Positions 16,613 to 34,740 of a stretch of DNA of 64,000 bases are shown here, in pieces. The stretch comes from the human T2T-CHM13v2.0 reference genome, Homo sapiens: assembly GCF_009914755.1 (NCBI RefSeq), contig NC_060948.1. One strand, written 5' to 3'. The stretch's first letter is position 1. Each line of letters begins with the position of its first letter. The notes under the pieces are model-generated. The model did no database searches. It worked only from the letters and a program-made list of their open reading frames with translations, and was not told the DNA's origin. The translations under genes were made by a program, and so were the position numbers.

Positions 16613-17214
16613 TTTCCCTCGTAGCTTCTGGGCTCAGACACCTCAAAACCAGCAAAGGGAAGTCCTCACTGGCCAACGCGTCCATCCCAACTCCCGCATC
16701 TCCCCTTAGGGCGGGTTTGGGGTCCCGGACTTCGTTACTGATCCTTTCAAAGCGGACAGGGAGGTAAGATTTTATTCTGTTTCCAGAGGTTCACGATTTC
16801 TGCAGACGGTCAGCAACTCTTTGCATCCTACTGGTAAAAGTTTTATATACTTTGTATTTATATAAATATGCATTGGGTATATTTTATATCAATAGATTGC
16901 TATAAATAAGTATATTTTATTAATATAAACATATGATTTTTATATTTTTATATAAATAATAAAGTTATATATAGTGTATATGTAAAATACACTTTTATTT
17001 GTAATACATAATTTTGTAGATTAAATTTAATATATTAAGCAAAAATATGTGTAACATATACATAACATATAACATATTTATATAACATATAACTTAATGT
17101 AAATAAGTATATAATAAAATTGATATTATATTTGTTAATACATAATTATGTATATATACTATGTAAAAATAAAATTATATATTGTATATGCATAATTATA
17201 TTTCTATAAATACA
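15466..17214. repeat. Direct AT-rich repeat of ~350 bp (15466-15814 and 16857-17214)
   Basis: Shared tataaatatgcatt...attgtatatgcataattatatttctataaataca. Confidence 0.92.
16598..16763. promoter_or_regulatory. Candidate bidirectional promoter/first-exon segment
   Basis: CpG-containing patch with GC box GGGCGG (about 16709); outward-facing donors CAG|GTAAGC (minus, 16597) and GAG|GTAAGA (plus, 16764). Confidence 0.3.
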
Positions 17215-17645
17215 ATTACATACCACATATAATTATGTATAAAATAATTGTATATAAAATTATATAATAAATTTTGAAACTTTATAAATTATTATACATA
17301 GTATTTTATTGTATTAAATTTAGAAATGTGTTATATATAATAAAACCTTATATAATAAATGTAGATTATATAAAATTTTATTTATAATAAATTACCTTAT
17401 GTATAATCATATGAGAAAATAATTACATATAACATTGTATTACAATAAATTTAGAAATGTTATACATTATTATATATAAAATTTCATTATATTAAATTTA
17501 GAAATATATATAGTAAAATGGTATATTAAAATTTTTATGTAACATTTTATTATACATGTGTAATTTTATATGTTTTGTAATATGTAGAATATAAGTACAA
17601 AAATATTTATATACAGCTACGTGTAATATAAATACATCAGTGTAA

Positions 17646-17933
<288 letters not shown>

Positions 17934-17934
17934 C

Positions 17935-18775
17935 AGTGTAAGATACTAGCTATTAAAAAATAAATAAATAAATAAATATATATATATATATATAGCAACA
18001 GCTGATTTGTCTGGAAGACTTTGGTCAGAAGACAGTGTATGAAGAAGACAGTGAGTCCCTAGAGGAATATAAGAATATACATCATGTTAATATATTATAT
18101 ATAACATAAACAGCTAATTATATCTGTATGTATAGTATAAACATAAAGTACAAAAATATTTGTATATAACTATAATATAAATATATGTGTAAGATATTAG
18201 CTATTAAAATATACATATGTGTGTATGTATGTGTATATGTGTATATATAATATATACATATATAGCATATATAATATATAATATATAGCATAATATAAAA
18301 TAATATATTGTATTATATATAAGACATAATATAATATATATTATATATAAGACATAATATAATATATATTATATATAAGACATAATATAATATATATTAT
18401 ATATAAGACATAATATAATATATATTATATATAATAAAATATATAGCATATATATTTGCTATATATATATAGTATATATATAGCAACAGCTGATTTGTCT
18501 GGAAGACTTTGGTCAGAAGACACTGTATTAAGAAGACAGTGAGTCCCCAGAGGAATATAAGAATATACATCATGTTAATATATTATATATAACATAAACA
18601 GCTAATTACATCTGTACATATAGCATAAACATAAAGTACAAAAATATTTATAACTATATATAATATAAATATATCAGTGTAAGATATTAGCTATTAAAAA
18701 ATATGTGTACATAAATAGCAACTGGTGATTTGTCTGGAAGACTCTGTTCAGAAGACAGTGTATTAGGAAGACAGG
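17935..18775. repeat. Tandem triplication of a mixed AT-rich/unique unit
   Basis: tgatttgtctggaagact at about 18003, 18491 and 18726; gtgtaagata(c/t)tagctattaaaa three times. Confidence 0.9.
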
Positions 18776-19207
18776 CAGTCCCCTCAGGAAGCGTGGGGCA
18801 GGTGGGATCTGGAGGTGACTCTGGGCTGCCAGAAGATGCCCCACTGCTTTGGGGCAGACACAGGTGGAGAGGTCCTCTCTGTAGCTTCAGCGTGGACACT
18901 GTGTGTGTCTTGTTGTGGGAGCACTTCTTTGTGCTTCCCTCTCCACTGTGACCCCGTCACATTCACTGACCTGTCCTCCTCCTTCCTCTCGCTCTCCGGG
19001 GCCCCTGTGCAAAGAGGGTCTTCCCCCCGAGCAGCAGGAACCCCCTAGACCCTCCCCATGCTCCTGGGTTCTGAACCTCAGGTACATGAGATCCTACCTG
19101 ACCGGGCACAGGCTCTGTTCACCCTCAGGAACCCCTGTCCTCCCAGGCCACCGTGGACTGGAGAACTGGCCTCCTGAAAATCCAGAGAGAACTTAGCACC
19201 GACAACT

Positions 19208-19502
19208 TCTTTTTTCCTTTTTCTTTTCTTTTTTTTTTTTTTTGAGACAGGATCTTGCTCCGTCCCCCAGGCTGGAGTGCAACGGCATGATCTCAGCTCA
19301 CTGCAACCTCCTCCTCCCACATTCAAGCAGTTCATCCTGCCTCTGTCTCCCGAGTATCTGGGATCACAGGCCTCCACCCCCACGGCCAACTAATTTCTGT
19401 GTTTTTAGTAGAGACGGGGTTTCACCATGTTGGCCAGGCTGGTCTCGAACTCTTGACCCCAAGTGATCCACCCGCCTCGGCCTCCCAAAGCACCGGGATG
19501 AC
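19208..19502 (-). mobile_element. Alu
   Basis: Alu consensus. Confidence 0.93.
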
Positions 19503-20009
19503 ACATATTAGCATGACGTATATTCTTCTGTTCCTCCGGGGACTCACTGTCTTCTTGGGCCAGTGAACCACCGTGCCCTGCCTTCTCTGTCCACATCTAC
19601 ACACGTGTAAATCTCTGTAGATTCTGAATTGTTTTTCCTTTTGCACAGAATGAGAGGAACTGAAGTCGGGAGGCCCAGCCCCAACATGGTCCCTCTGGCT
19701 CTGTGCTCAGGCGGTTTATGGCTGAGAAGGACTTGGGGGTTGAGGGCTTCCTATCAGCCCAGGAGACATTCCCCGGGCCTGGGGAAGCCTGCTCTGCACT
19801 TGTGGGTCTCGAATTGTCTGTTGCATTTACCTGCCTTATTATTTTTTCTTCCTGTCTCTCTTCTTACATATTTCTCTCGAATTTGGGGCTTGTTTTTCTT
19901 AACTACAATCAACGTGAATCATTATTGCATTATATAAATATAAATTTTATATTGAATAGACATTATATGCTCAATCTAGTACACATTCCAACACAGGCCA
20001 TATCTAAGA

Positions 20010-21235
20010 GGCATATTTATATTTAATGTACAAAACATGTTTACATTTCGTATGGAAAATATACATTTATATTTAACATATATGTGTATATTTAATACAG
20101 GGAATATATATTTATATTTAATATAGAAAATATATATTATATTTGACATATAAAAATATATGTTTATATTTAATATGGGAAATATATGTTTATGTTTAAT
20201 ATACAAAATACATGTTGATATTTAAAATAGAAAATGTATAGTTATATTTGCTATGCAAAATACATGTTTATATTTAATATAGAAAATATGTTTATATTTA
20301 ACGTAGAGAATATATATTTATATTTAATATGGAAAATATATATTTATATTTAACATATATAGTATTTATATTTAATGTATAAAATATGTTTACATTTAAT
20401 GTGCGGAATATATGCTTATATTTAATGTCTAAAATACATGTTTATATTTAATGTATTGTAAACATTAAATGTACCAAACGTATTCTTATATTTAATGTAT
20501 AAAAGATGTTTATATTTAATATATAAGATATGTTTACATTTAATGGATAAAATGTTTATGTTTGATGTATAAAAGATGTTTATATTTAATGTATACAATG
20601 TTTATATTTAATGTACCAAATATATTATTATATTTAATGTCCAAAATGTATTTATATATAATATGTAAGGTATGTTTATATTTTATATGAAAGATATGTT
20701 TACATTTAACGTATAAAATGTTTATGTTTAATGTATACAACATGTTTATATTAAATGTATACGATGTTTTTATTTAATGTACCAAATGTATTATATTTAA
20801 TGTATAAAAGACGTTTATATTTAACATATAAGTTTATATATACTTTATATATTATATATTATATATACGTTATATATTGTATAATATATAAAATATATAA
20901 AAATAAGTTATATTTAATATATAAGATATGTTTATATTTAATGTATATGTTTATGTTTAATATATAAAAGATGTTTATATTTAATGTATAAAAACATGTT
21001 TAATGTATAAATTATATTTATATTTAATGTATATTTTTATATTTAATGAATACATATATTTGTATTAATATATGAAATGTATATTCATACTTAGTATGTA
21101 AATATACACTCATTTAATAGACAAAATGTATATCTGTATTTAGTATATAAAATGTATATTTGAGTTTAATAGATAAATGCATGTTCATATTAATATGTAA
21201 ATATATGTCCATGTTTATAAAAATATATATATTTA
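20010..21235. repeat. AT-rich degenerate minisatellite (~24-26 bp, atgtttatatttaatgtataaaa)
   Basis: Dozens of tgtttatatttaat cores. Confidence 0.9.
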
Positions 21236-22216
21236 CATGCTCCTTGTCTCCTTTTCTAGATCAAGATCTTACAGTAATAGCAAAAAAAAATAAAATCCGT
21301 TTATTTTGTAACAAAACACCTTGGGCTTCCCACAGCCTGGACCAACATGATTTTATTTTAGAGCAAAGAGTGAGGTGTAAGCAGGTTTTCTGGCCCCATC
21401 GGGCGACATGTGTGGCTGGGGCAGCGCTGTGTAGGGAAGGACACAGCCAGTGGACCCTCTAGAGTTTCCCTGCATGGGGTTTCTCTCTCTTCCTCTTACA
21501 AGAAACACTTTCTGAATTTTTAGGACACCCAGTCATGAATGCAAGAAACCTGAGATGGAGTCAGCCTGGGAACAGCCGAGCTCTGAGACGGTCACATCAA
21601 GCTGTTCCCACCGTAAAACTCACTCCTGACGTCCACCTCTCCTGGGATGAAAGTGGCCAGCAGCCTCGGCCTGGCCTAGGACTCCAGAGCCCCGGGTAGT
21701 GGTGGCTGGGGTGACTGACAGGGCCTGTCTGCTCCAGCTGCCTCCCTGTCCCTGAGTCTGTCCAGCCAAGGGTCACCCTGCAATGCAGGACCTCAGTGAT
21801 TCTGCACATAGGGGTCACTTTGCTCACATTCTCAAAGATAAAAATGAACCCAGTTTCAAAATCAAAAACAAAAACCAGTTGTCTGTGTAATACTCTTGCA
21901 GCAGAGCTGGTGCCCTTTCCTGCGTCTATAATTTGTAGCCTTAAGGTTGTAAAAGTCTACACTGGAAGCAAACACAAGCTCCTTCTGAACACCACCAAGA
22001 GCTCCCCTCTGGAAGCCTGGCCTCCAAAACGCCGTCTGCTTCCTCTTTTTTCTTTTTTTTGGAGAGAGTTTCAGTATTTTAAGGATCTCATTTGCTTTTG
22101 GGGAATTGCTTCCTGAGAATAAGCGCCTCCCACCCCACCCAACTACCCATCTCTGAACCATTTATTCGTTTCTCTGTCTGAGCAACCAAAGCTTTCCTAA
22201 GCTGTTGAGGGCTTAA

Positions 22217-24560
<2,344 letters not shown>

Positions 24561-24638
24561 CTGGTCAAAATAGAAATTATATGGATATTAAGGAGCCCCA
24601 AGTCTCTGCAGGGATATGGAGGAACCCTGGACATACAA

Positions 24639-24676
<38 letters not shown>

Positions 24677-24881
24677 GCACCCACACTCACCACCCCATGC
24701 CAAGAAGATACACAGAAAACTCACTCACCTTTCACTCAAGTTTGCAAATTTGGAACTGACTTAATGAAGGAAAGAAAAGTTGCAGCTACAAAGTAACACA
24801 GAGCCAATGAAAAGACAAAAACCACCATTAGATTTTCTTCTTTTCTACAGTTTTATTTTATGTTTAACAATTATCGTTTGG

Positions 24882-25174
<293 letters not shown>

Positions 25175-25214
25175 TCTCCATAATGATTGTACACATTTAT
25201 GACATATAATATAA

Positions 25215-25631
<417 letters not shown>

Positions 25632-26003
25632 TAAGTTATTGGAGTACAGGTGGTATTTGGTGACATGAGGAAGTTATTCAATGGAGATTTCTGAGAACGT
25701 GGTGCGCCCAACACCCGAGCAGTATACATTGTATCAAATTTGTTGTCTTTTATCCCTCGTCCCCTTCCCACACTTCCCACCAACAAAATCCTCTCTTTGG
25801 ACTATTTTGTAATATACAATATATTCTTGTTAAGTATTGTCACCCTGCAGAGAATTAAAACAACAGAATTTAGTCCTATTTAGTCGTAACTTTGTACACA
25901 TGGACCAACCTCTCTCCATCCCTTCTTTCTCTCTCCCTTCCCCAGCTTATGGTAATCACCACTGTGCTGTCTATTCCTAGGAGATCAACTCTTTTTTTAT
26001 ATA

Positions 26004-26313
<310 letters not shown>

Positions 26314-26660
26314 TAGCTTCCACATGGGAGTGAGAACTGGCTGCATTTGTCTTATTTCACTTCTGGGTATGCATCCGCAGAAAATAAAACCAGTATATCA
26401 AAAAAAAAGGGGGGAGGTCTGCACCCCCATGTTCATTGCAAGGCTATTCACGAGAGCCAACATGTAGAATTAACCTAAGTATCAGTGGGGGATGGATAAA
26501 GAAAATGTGGTACACACACACCATGGAATACTATTCAGCCATCAAAAAGGAAGAAGTCTCACCACTTTGCAACAACTTAACGTTAAGGGAAATGAGCCAG
26601 CACGAGGTTTTCTTTGGTGTTTGAACTCAAAGCAGGATGGTTGTTGTGCGCATAACATGA

Positions 26661-27009
<349 letters not shown>

Positions 27010-27088
27010 TGAAACAGGACAATACCAGTGCAGTGATGCATGATGATTTGATTCTGGAATTGCTGCTTTGAACGTGTAAGAGTCATAA

Positions 27089-27452
<364 letters not shown>

Positions 27453-27711
27453 TGAGTGTACCAAATATTCAATTACCATAGCCACGCTGTGACTGACTGT
27501 TGTCCAAAGGACCAGGTGCTCAGCCCGATGACCTATGCTGAACTTTCTCTAAAAAATCTTACTCCCAATTTCACATCAGTGTGATTTTTCACTCTTGACA
27601 GTAAAATGAAACAGCGTTGTTGACCTAAAATTCCAACCATAGGATCATTGACGTGTTAAAGATATTTTATAGTAAAAGTAATTCCTAGGTTCTGTGATCG
27701 TGTAAAAATGG

Positions 27712-28290
27712 CTTTCTCTCTCTCTCTCCCTCTTTATACTCTCTTCTTTCTTTTCTTTCTCCTTCCTCTTTCTCTTTCATTCATTCTTTTTCTTTCTGTC
27801 TCTTTCTTCCTTTCTTCCCTCCCTACTTTCTTTCCCTCCCTACCTCTCCCTTCCTTCTTTCTTTCCTTCTTTCTTTCCTTCTTTCCTTCCTTCCCTCCCT
27901 CTTTCCTTCCCTCCTTCCTTCCATCTTTCCTCATTTTCCTCTCCTCCCTCCCTCCCTCCCTTCCTTCCTTCCTCCTTTCTCCATTCCCTCTCTCTCTCCC
28001 TTCCTTTCTTTTCTTCCTTCCTTTCTATCTTCCTCCTTTCTTTTTTGTTCCTTTCTTTCTCTGTCTTCTTCTCCTCTCTTTCTTCCTTTCTCTTTCTCTC
28101 TTCTTTTTTCTTTTTCTATCCCTCCCTCCCTCCTTTCCTTCCTTCCTTCCCTTCCTTTCTCTTCCTTCTTTCTTTCTTTCCTCTTTCTTTCTTTTCCTTT
28201 CTTCTCTTTCTTTCCTTCTTTCTTCTTTTCCTTCCTTTCTTCCTTCCTTCCTCTGTCCCTCCCTCCTTTTCTTCCTTTCTTTCTCTCTTT
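27712..28290. repeat. CT-rich polypyrimidine tract
   Basis: Seen directly. Confidence 0.95.
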
Positions 28291-28538
28291 CACAGGATCT
28301 CACTCTGTCATTCAGACCAGAGTGTAGTGGTGCAAACACAGCTCACTGCAGCCTCAAACTCCCAGGCTCAAGGAAACCTTCCACCTCAGACTCCAGAGTA
28401 GCTGGGGCCACAGACACACGCCACCATGCCCCACTACTTTTTTTCCAGTTTTTGTAGAAATGGGGTCTCACTTTGTAGCTCAGGCTGGTGTCGAATTCCT
28501 GGCCTCAAGCAATCCTCCTGCCTCAACCTCCTAGAGTG
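28290..28538 (-). mobile_element. AluJ-like
   Basis: acagctcactgcagcctcaaactcccaggctcaag. Confidence 0.9.
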
Positions 28539-28921
28539 GTGCAAATCTTCACAGAGTCCAGCCGCATCTTTCAGGAATGCATTTCTGTTGGACTTGCCGT
28601 GCGTTTAACTGACAGTGAACCAGGATGTACTCAAACAAAAGTTCAATGACTGCCCAACAAAAACATCCCATATTTTAAAGTGTTTTTAAAAAATCAGGCT
28701 GATGGGGGTTGGGGGCACCTGCTTGTGTAAGAGGAAGCACATGTGAGTTTTGTAAACTCTGGATTTTGAAAACATCATCCATGACCCTTTTGCATTTTGG
28801 ATTAAGGTTTTCTCTGGCTGATAATTGACTATCATTTCTGAATCCCCAAAAATAAATGTTATACATTTTAGCTGGGGTGGGTAAAATGGACAGAGTCAAA
28901 GCTCTTAAAAAGTGACTTTTT

Positions 28922-29467
28922 CAAGGATCTAGAACCAGAAATGCCATTTGACCCAGCAATCCCATTACTGGGTATATACCCAAAGGATTATAAATCATTC
29001 TACTATAAAGACACATGCACACGTATGTTTATTGCGGCACTATTCACAATATTAAAGACTTGGAACCAACCCAAATGCCCATCAATGATAGACTGGATAA
29101 AGAAAATGTGGCACATAGACACCATGGAATACTATGCAGCCATCAAAAAGGATGAGTTCATGTCCTTTGCAGGGACATGGATGAAGCTGGAAACCATCAT
29201 TCTCAGCAAACTATCACAGGAACAGAAAACCAAACACCGCATGTTCTCACTCATCAGTGGAAGTTGAACAATGAGAACACATGGACACAGGGAGGGGAAC
29301 ATCACACACCAGGGCTTGCTGGGGGGTGGAGGGTTAGGGAAGGGATAGCTTTAGGACAAATACCTAATGTAGATGACGGGTCGATGGGTGCAGCAAACCA
29401 CCATGGCACGTGTATACCTATGTAACAAACCTGCACGTTCTGCACATGTATCTCACACAACTTAAAG

Positions 29468-29515
<48 letters not shown>
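28922..29515 (+). mobile_element. 5'-truncated L1PA (ORF2 C-terminus, 3'UTR, (AAT)n tail)
   Basis: ORF 28941-29267 PFDPAIPLLGIYPKDYKSFYYKDTCTRMFIAALFTI...TMEYYAAIKKDEFMSFAGTWMKLE matches the L1 ORF2p end; TSD aaagtgacttt. Confidence 0.97.
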
Positions 29516-30698
29516 GTGACTTTGCAGTTCTCCAAGACAGGCAAGATTTCCACTGTAGAAACATTTCAAGAAACAGTGTGAGCCGTTTTAAACAGACGCT
29601 GTCACATCCAGGCAGTTATTCATCCCGCTGACTCTCAGATTACTGACCAGGGTACACGTGGTCGTATTACTGTGGCAGAAATCACTGGATGATATTATAG
29701 CTCACCATAGAATTCGAAACCTATTTTTTAATGCAATTTTTAAATACAGGCATTTGAGATAAATGTCCTTGAGTATTCTTCTGACATCTTAAAGCAGTTC
29801 CTTTCCAAATCCCTTGTGGCGTTGAGAAATGAGCTTGTAGGAAAAATGCTTAATTCTTTTTCCTGATTCGTAGCGATCAATGTTGAAATCAATCAAGTGG
29901 GGTCACATCCGCCTTTCCAAATAATAGTCCAAAGTTTTCAAATTAAAAAAAAAAAAGCATTATGAGTTATGTGAATTGGAGTAGACAGAACTGGATTTCT
30001 TTTTTTTTTTTTTTTCACTAGGCTTGTTTTAGGAATTATAACTTTACGATGTTCTGTAAGTTGCATGTCTGCTTTTTGAATGGCCCCTGTGGTTTTTGGA
30101 GTTCCTCTCCATGCCTGTACAAATCTCTCTGCCTCCCGAGGGGTCTCCAAAGTGGAAGATTAGAGGCCACTGAGTCATGGCCGGATCCTTTTCAGGATGA
30201 CAAAGCAATGCAGGCTTGGATTACAGAAGCCAGACGTGTTGCATATTAATCTACCTTCTACCCAGGAAAAGCAAAAACTGGAGGGAGAGTAAGAGCAATT
30301 AATTTAAAAGTGGCCGTGGGGAAGGCTCTTAGAGTCTAGATGAGAGAAGAGAGTCGGTTATTTACTCACAATATGGAGTTTTATTTTATTTTTATTCCCA
30401 GGGTTCTATCGGCATGAATTTCTCAGAAAAACAAAAACGAAAACACAAAACAAACAAACAAAAACCTTGAAGCCACAATGGCTGATAATTCATAAAATAA
30501 TTATTCCATATAAGTCTCAGGCTGCATTTATATTTGAATTATAATTGGGATGAGAGGCAGGAAGTGCATAGGAATGACTTGTTACCACGAGCCCGCGCTC
30601 TGGAATGCAAAGCTGTAATTTTTAACGATGAAATGGCAGATATCTACACAGATCAGTGGAAAATACCTTAATTTTCCATAAATTTTCCTTCATGGTCC

Positions 30699-31941
30699 CC
30701 ATGGGACCCGTAAGGTCTTCAACTGTGCTTGGGTGGTTTTTCTTTGGAGGAACACAGAGTTTCATCTTCTGGTGTATCCAAAGTCTCACATATGTTGCTG
30801 GCTCCCAGCAAGATGGGAAAAGAAGAAAAGAAAAAAAAAGAAAAGAAAAGAGAAGAGAAGAGAAGAGAAGAGAAGAGAAGAGAAGAGAAGAGAAGAGAAG
30901 AGAAGAGAAGGGAGGGGAAGGGAAGTGAAGGAAGGGAAGGGAAGGGAAGGAAGGGAAGGAAGGGAAGGGAAGGGACAGAAAGGAAGGGAAGGGAAGGAAG
31001 GGAAGGGAGAAGGGAAGGGAGGGGAGGGGAGGGAAGGGAAGAGAAAGGAAGAAAAGAAAAGAAATTTTACATTGATTTATTTATGGAAAATTAAATTTGT
31101 GGTCATGGGGCAACGTGTGGTGGACTGGAATATAGGCTCCCAAGAATCAGGGTGGGCATCAGAAAACAGAGCCGGGTGTGTGGAAGGCAGGAATAGCAAC
31201 TCCTTCGGATTCCTGGTGGTTGCTATGCACGGTGACTTTCTTCATCTTGAAAATAATAGCGGCATTGCGTATCGTCTCACACATACAGCACTAAATAATG
31301 AGGTAAAGAGTCTAATTCGCCCCCACATACCTCAGTCGCTGCAAGCCACACTCTAAGAAATGGTGGAGATGGTGTGCGTCTTACTGATGTAGATTTTGGG
31401 GTGGGCTCTCCAGTTTGGGAGACCAGGGTGACCTCCATGATCTCCTACTTCCCCAAGGCAGGTGTAGCACAAAACAAACACAGCTTACTCTACCCCTGAT
31501 TGGGGAAAATCTCCTAAAAAAAATCCCGTCCTATCACTGTTCTTCTGTAACCCCATAACTCCTTCACCTCCCCACCTTGGGACCCACAAAGTCTCCAACT
31601 CTGTTTGGGTGGTTTTTGTTTGAGGGAACACAGAGTTTCATCTCTTGGTGTAACCAAAGTCTCACATATGTTGCTGGCTACCAGCAAGAGGAAAAGAGAA
31701 GAAAAGAAAAAAGGGAAGGGAAGAGAAGAAAACAAAAGGAAGGGAAGGGAAGAGAAGAAAACAAAAGGAAGGGAAGGGAAGGGAAGGAAGAGAAAAGAAG
31801 GGAAGGCAAAAGAAGGGAAGGGAAGAGAAGGGAAGGGAAGGGAAAGGAAGGGAAGGGAGAAAAGAAAAGAAGAAAAGAAAAAAAGAAGAAGAGGAGATAA
31901 AAGAAAAGAAAAAGAAAAGAAAAGAAATTTTACATTGATTT
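30699..31941. repeat. Diverged direct duplication (30699-31078 and 31575-31941), each copy holding a GA-rich tract
   Basis: Shared ggaacacagagtttcatct...caaagtctcacatatgttgctggct and aaaagaaattttacattgattt. Confidence 0.92.
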
Positions 31942-32788
31942 TTTTTTAAAGGAAGTGAATGAAATATTGAATTTTTTTTCCCCCTCCATGGTCAACCCCC
32001 AGGAAGTCTTCCCTGTTTCTATCTCTTTACCTCCTTTGATAAATGTGGGGACAAATTATTCATTGGATTCTCCCCTGCTCTACTCCTGTCTTTATTCATT
32101 TTTTTAATTACTGCAAGTACATAGTAGGTGTATATAGTTACGGGGTAGGTGAGACGTTTTCATGCCCACATGCAATATGCAGTAATCACATTAGGGTAAA
32201 TAAGATATCCATGAACTCAAGCATTGAGGCTTTGTGTTACAATTCAATTATGCTCGTTTAGTTATTTACAAATGTACGATGAAGTGATTATTGATGATAC
32301 TCACCCTGTTATGCTAGCAAAAACTAGGATTTATTTATTCTTTCTAATTATTTGTTGGTACACATTAACCTTCCCCACCTCTTCCACACAAACTCCCCAC
32401 TATCTTTCTCAGCCTCTGAGAACCAGCCTTCTACTCTTCTATTTCCATGAGTTCAATTGTTTTCAATTTTAGCTCCTGCAAATAAGTGAGAACATGAAGA
32501 GTTTGTCTTTCTGTGCCTGGCTTATTTCACTGAACATAATGACCATCCGTTTTATTGCAAATGGCAAGATCTCATTCTTTTTCATGGCTGAATAGTATTC
32601 CATTCCATATGTGTAACACTTTTCTCTTCTTTCTTTCTTTTTCTTTCTTTCATTCTTTCTTTCTTTTTCTTTCTTTCTTTCTTTCTCTTTCTTTCTTTCT
32701 TCCTTCCTTCCTTTCTCTTTCTTTCTTTCTTCCTTCCTTTCTTCCTTCCTTCCTTTCTTTCTTTCTGTCTCTCTCTCTCTCTCCTCTC

Positions 32789-33402
<614 letters not shown>

Positions 33403-33739
33403 TCATTTTCTTTATCCATTCACCTGTTGATGAACACTTACGTTGTTTCCCAATCTCAGCTCTTGGGAACAGTGCTGCAATATACTATGAGATTGCAGGT
33501 ATCTCAAAATAAAATAAAATAAAATAAAATAAAATAGAGCTACCATAGAATTCAGTAATCCTACTTTTTTGTATTTTTAGTAGAGACGGGGTTTCACCAT
33601 GTTGGCCAGGCTGGTCTCCAACTCCTGACCTCAGGCGATCCACAAGCCTCGGCCTCCTAAACTTCAATATACTGACTTCTTTTATTGAGGGTGTATGCCC
33701 ATCAGTGAGTATGATTGCTGAATTCTATGGTAGCTCTAT

Positions 33740-34022
33740 TTTATTTTATTTATTGTTATTATTATTATTTTGAGACGGAGTCTCACTCTGTTGCCCAGCC
33801 TGGAGAGCAGTGATGGGATCTCGGCTTACCGCAACCTCCACCTCCCGGGTTCAAGTGATTCTCCTGCCTCAGCCTCCCCAGTAGCTGGATTAAGGCACCA
33901 GCCGACACTCCTGGCTAATTTTTTTTTTAATATATTTTTAGTAGAAACGGGGTCTCACCATGTTGGCCAGGCTGGTCTCGAACTCCTGGCCTCAGGTGAT
34001 CTGCCTGCCTCGGCCTCCCCAA
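33740..34022 (-). mobile_element. Alu (partial copy of its left arm at 33565-33660)
   Basis: Alu consensus. Confidence 0.92.
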
Positions 34023-34112
34023 TTACGATAGCTCGATTTGTAAGGGAACCTCCAAATTGCTCCCCATTGCGGTTGCACGAATTTACATCCCCACCCACAG
34101 TGGATGGGGTGA

Positions 34113-34298
34113 GATTACGCCTGTAATCCCAGCACTTTGGGAGGCCAAGGCGGGCGGGTTACTTGAGGTCAGGAGTTCGAGATGAGTCTGTCCAACATGG
34201 TGAAACCCCATCTGTACTAATAATACAAAAATTAGCCGGGCGTGGTGGCGGGCACCTGTAATCCCAGCTACTTGGGAGGCTGAGGCAGGAGAATCACC
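34113..34298 (+). mobile_element. Truncated Alu
   Basis: acgcctgtaatcccagcactttgggagg...gcaggagaatcac. Confidence 0.92.
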
Positions 34299-34740
34299 TG
34301 CCCCTGTCTTTAATATTGTGAAGACACATGAAGGGTGATATAGAATCAAGAAGAAGGATATCTTATTCGAGTATCAGACACTACCCCAGCTCTGTCCTCC
34401 CACAACCCCTCTGAACTTTGCTCGGAACGTAGAGGAAAAGACGTCCCTCCTGCTCCGGGAATCCCAGAAGAAAACTCCAGCCTGACAGAAGGAGGTTTAT
34501 CTCCACCACCAGGACAGGAAGCTTCGCCCTGAGTGAGCAGGTCAGAAAGAAACAAGAGCTGCGTTCCCGACGTGGGGAAGGGCCCAAGCTGTGTGTTCAT
34601 GGAGTCACATATTTTTCTGTGACATTTGCAGAAGGTATTTGGCCGGCCTCCTGGTAAGAGTTGAGACTGCTGGCCCTTTCTGTTTCTGTACCCCATCTCG
34701 GATGAACAATACATTCCATAGACATTCCCTAGACAGAGCC

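Noticed and set aside
28941-29267. ORF with real protein homology
   Set aside because: It is the terminal fragment of L1 ORF2p in a 5'-truncated insertion, not a functional CDS.
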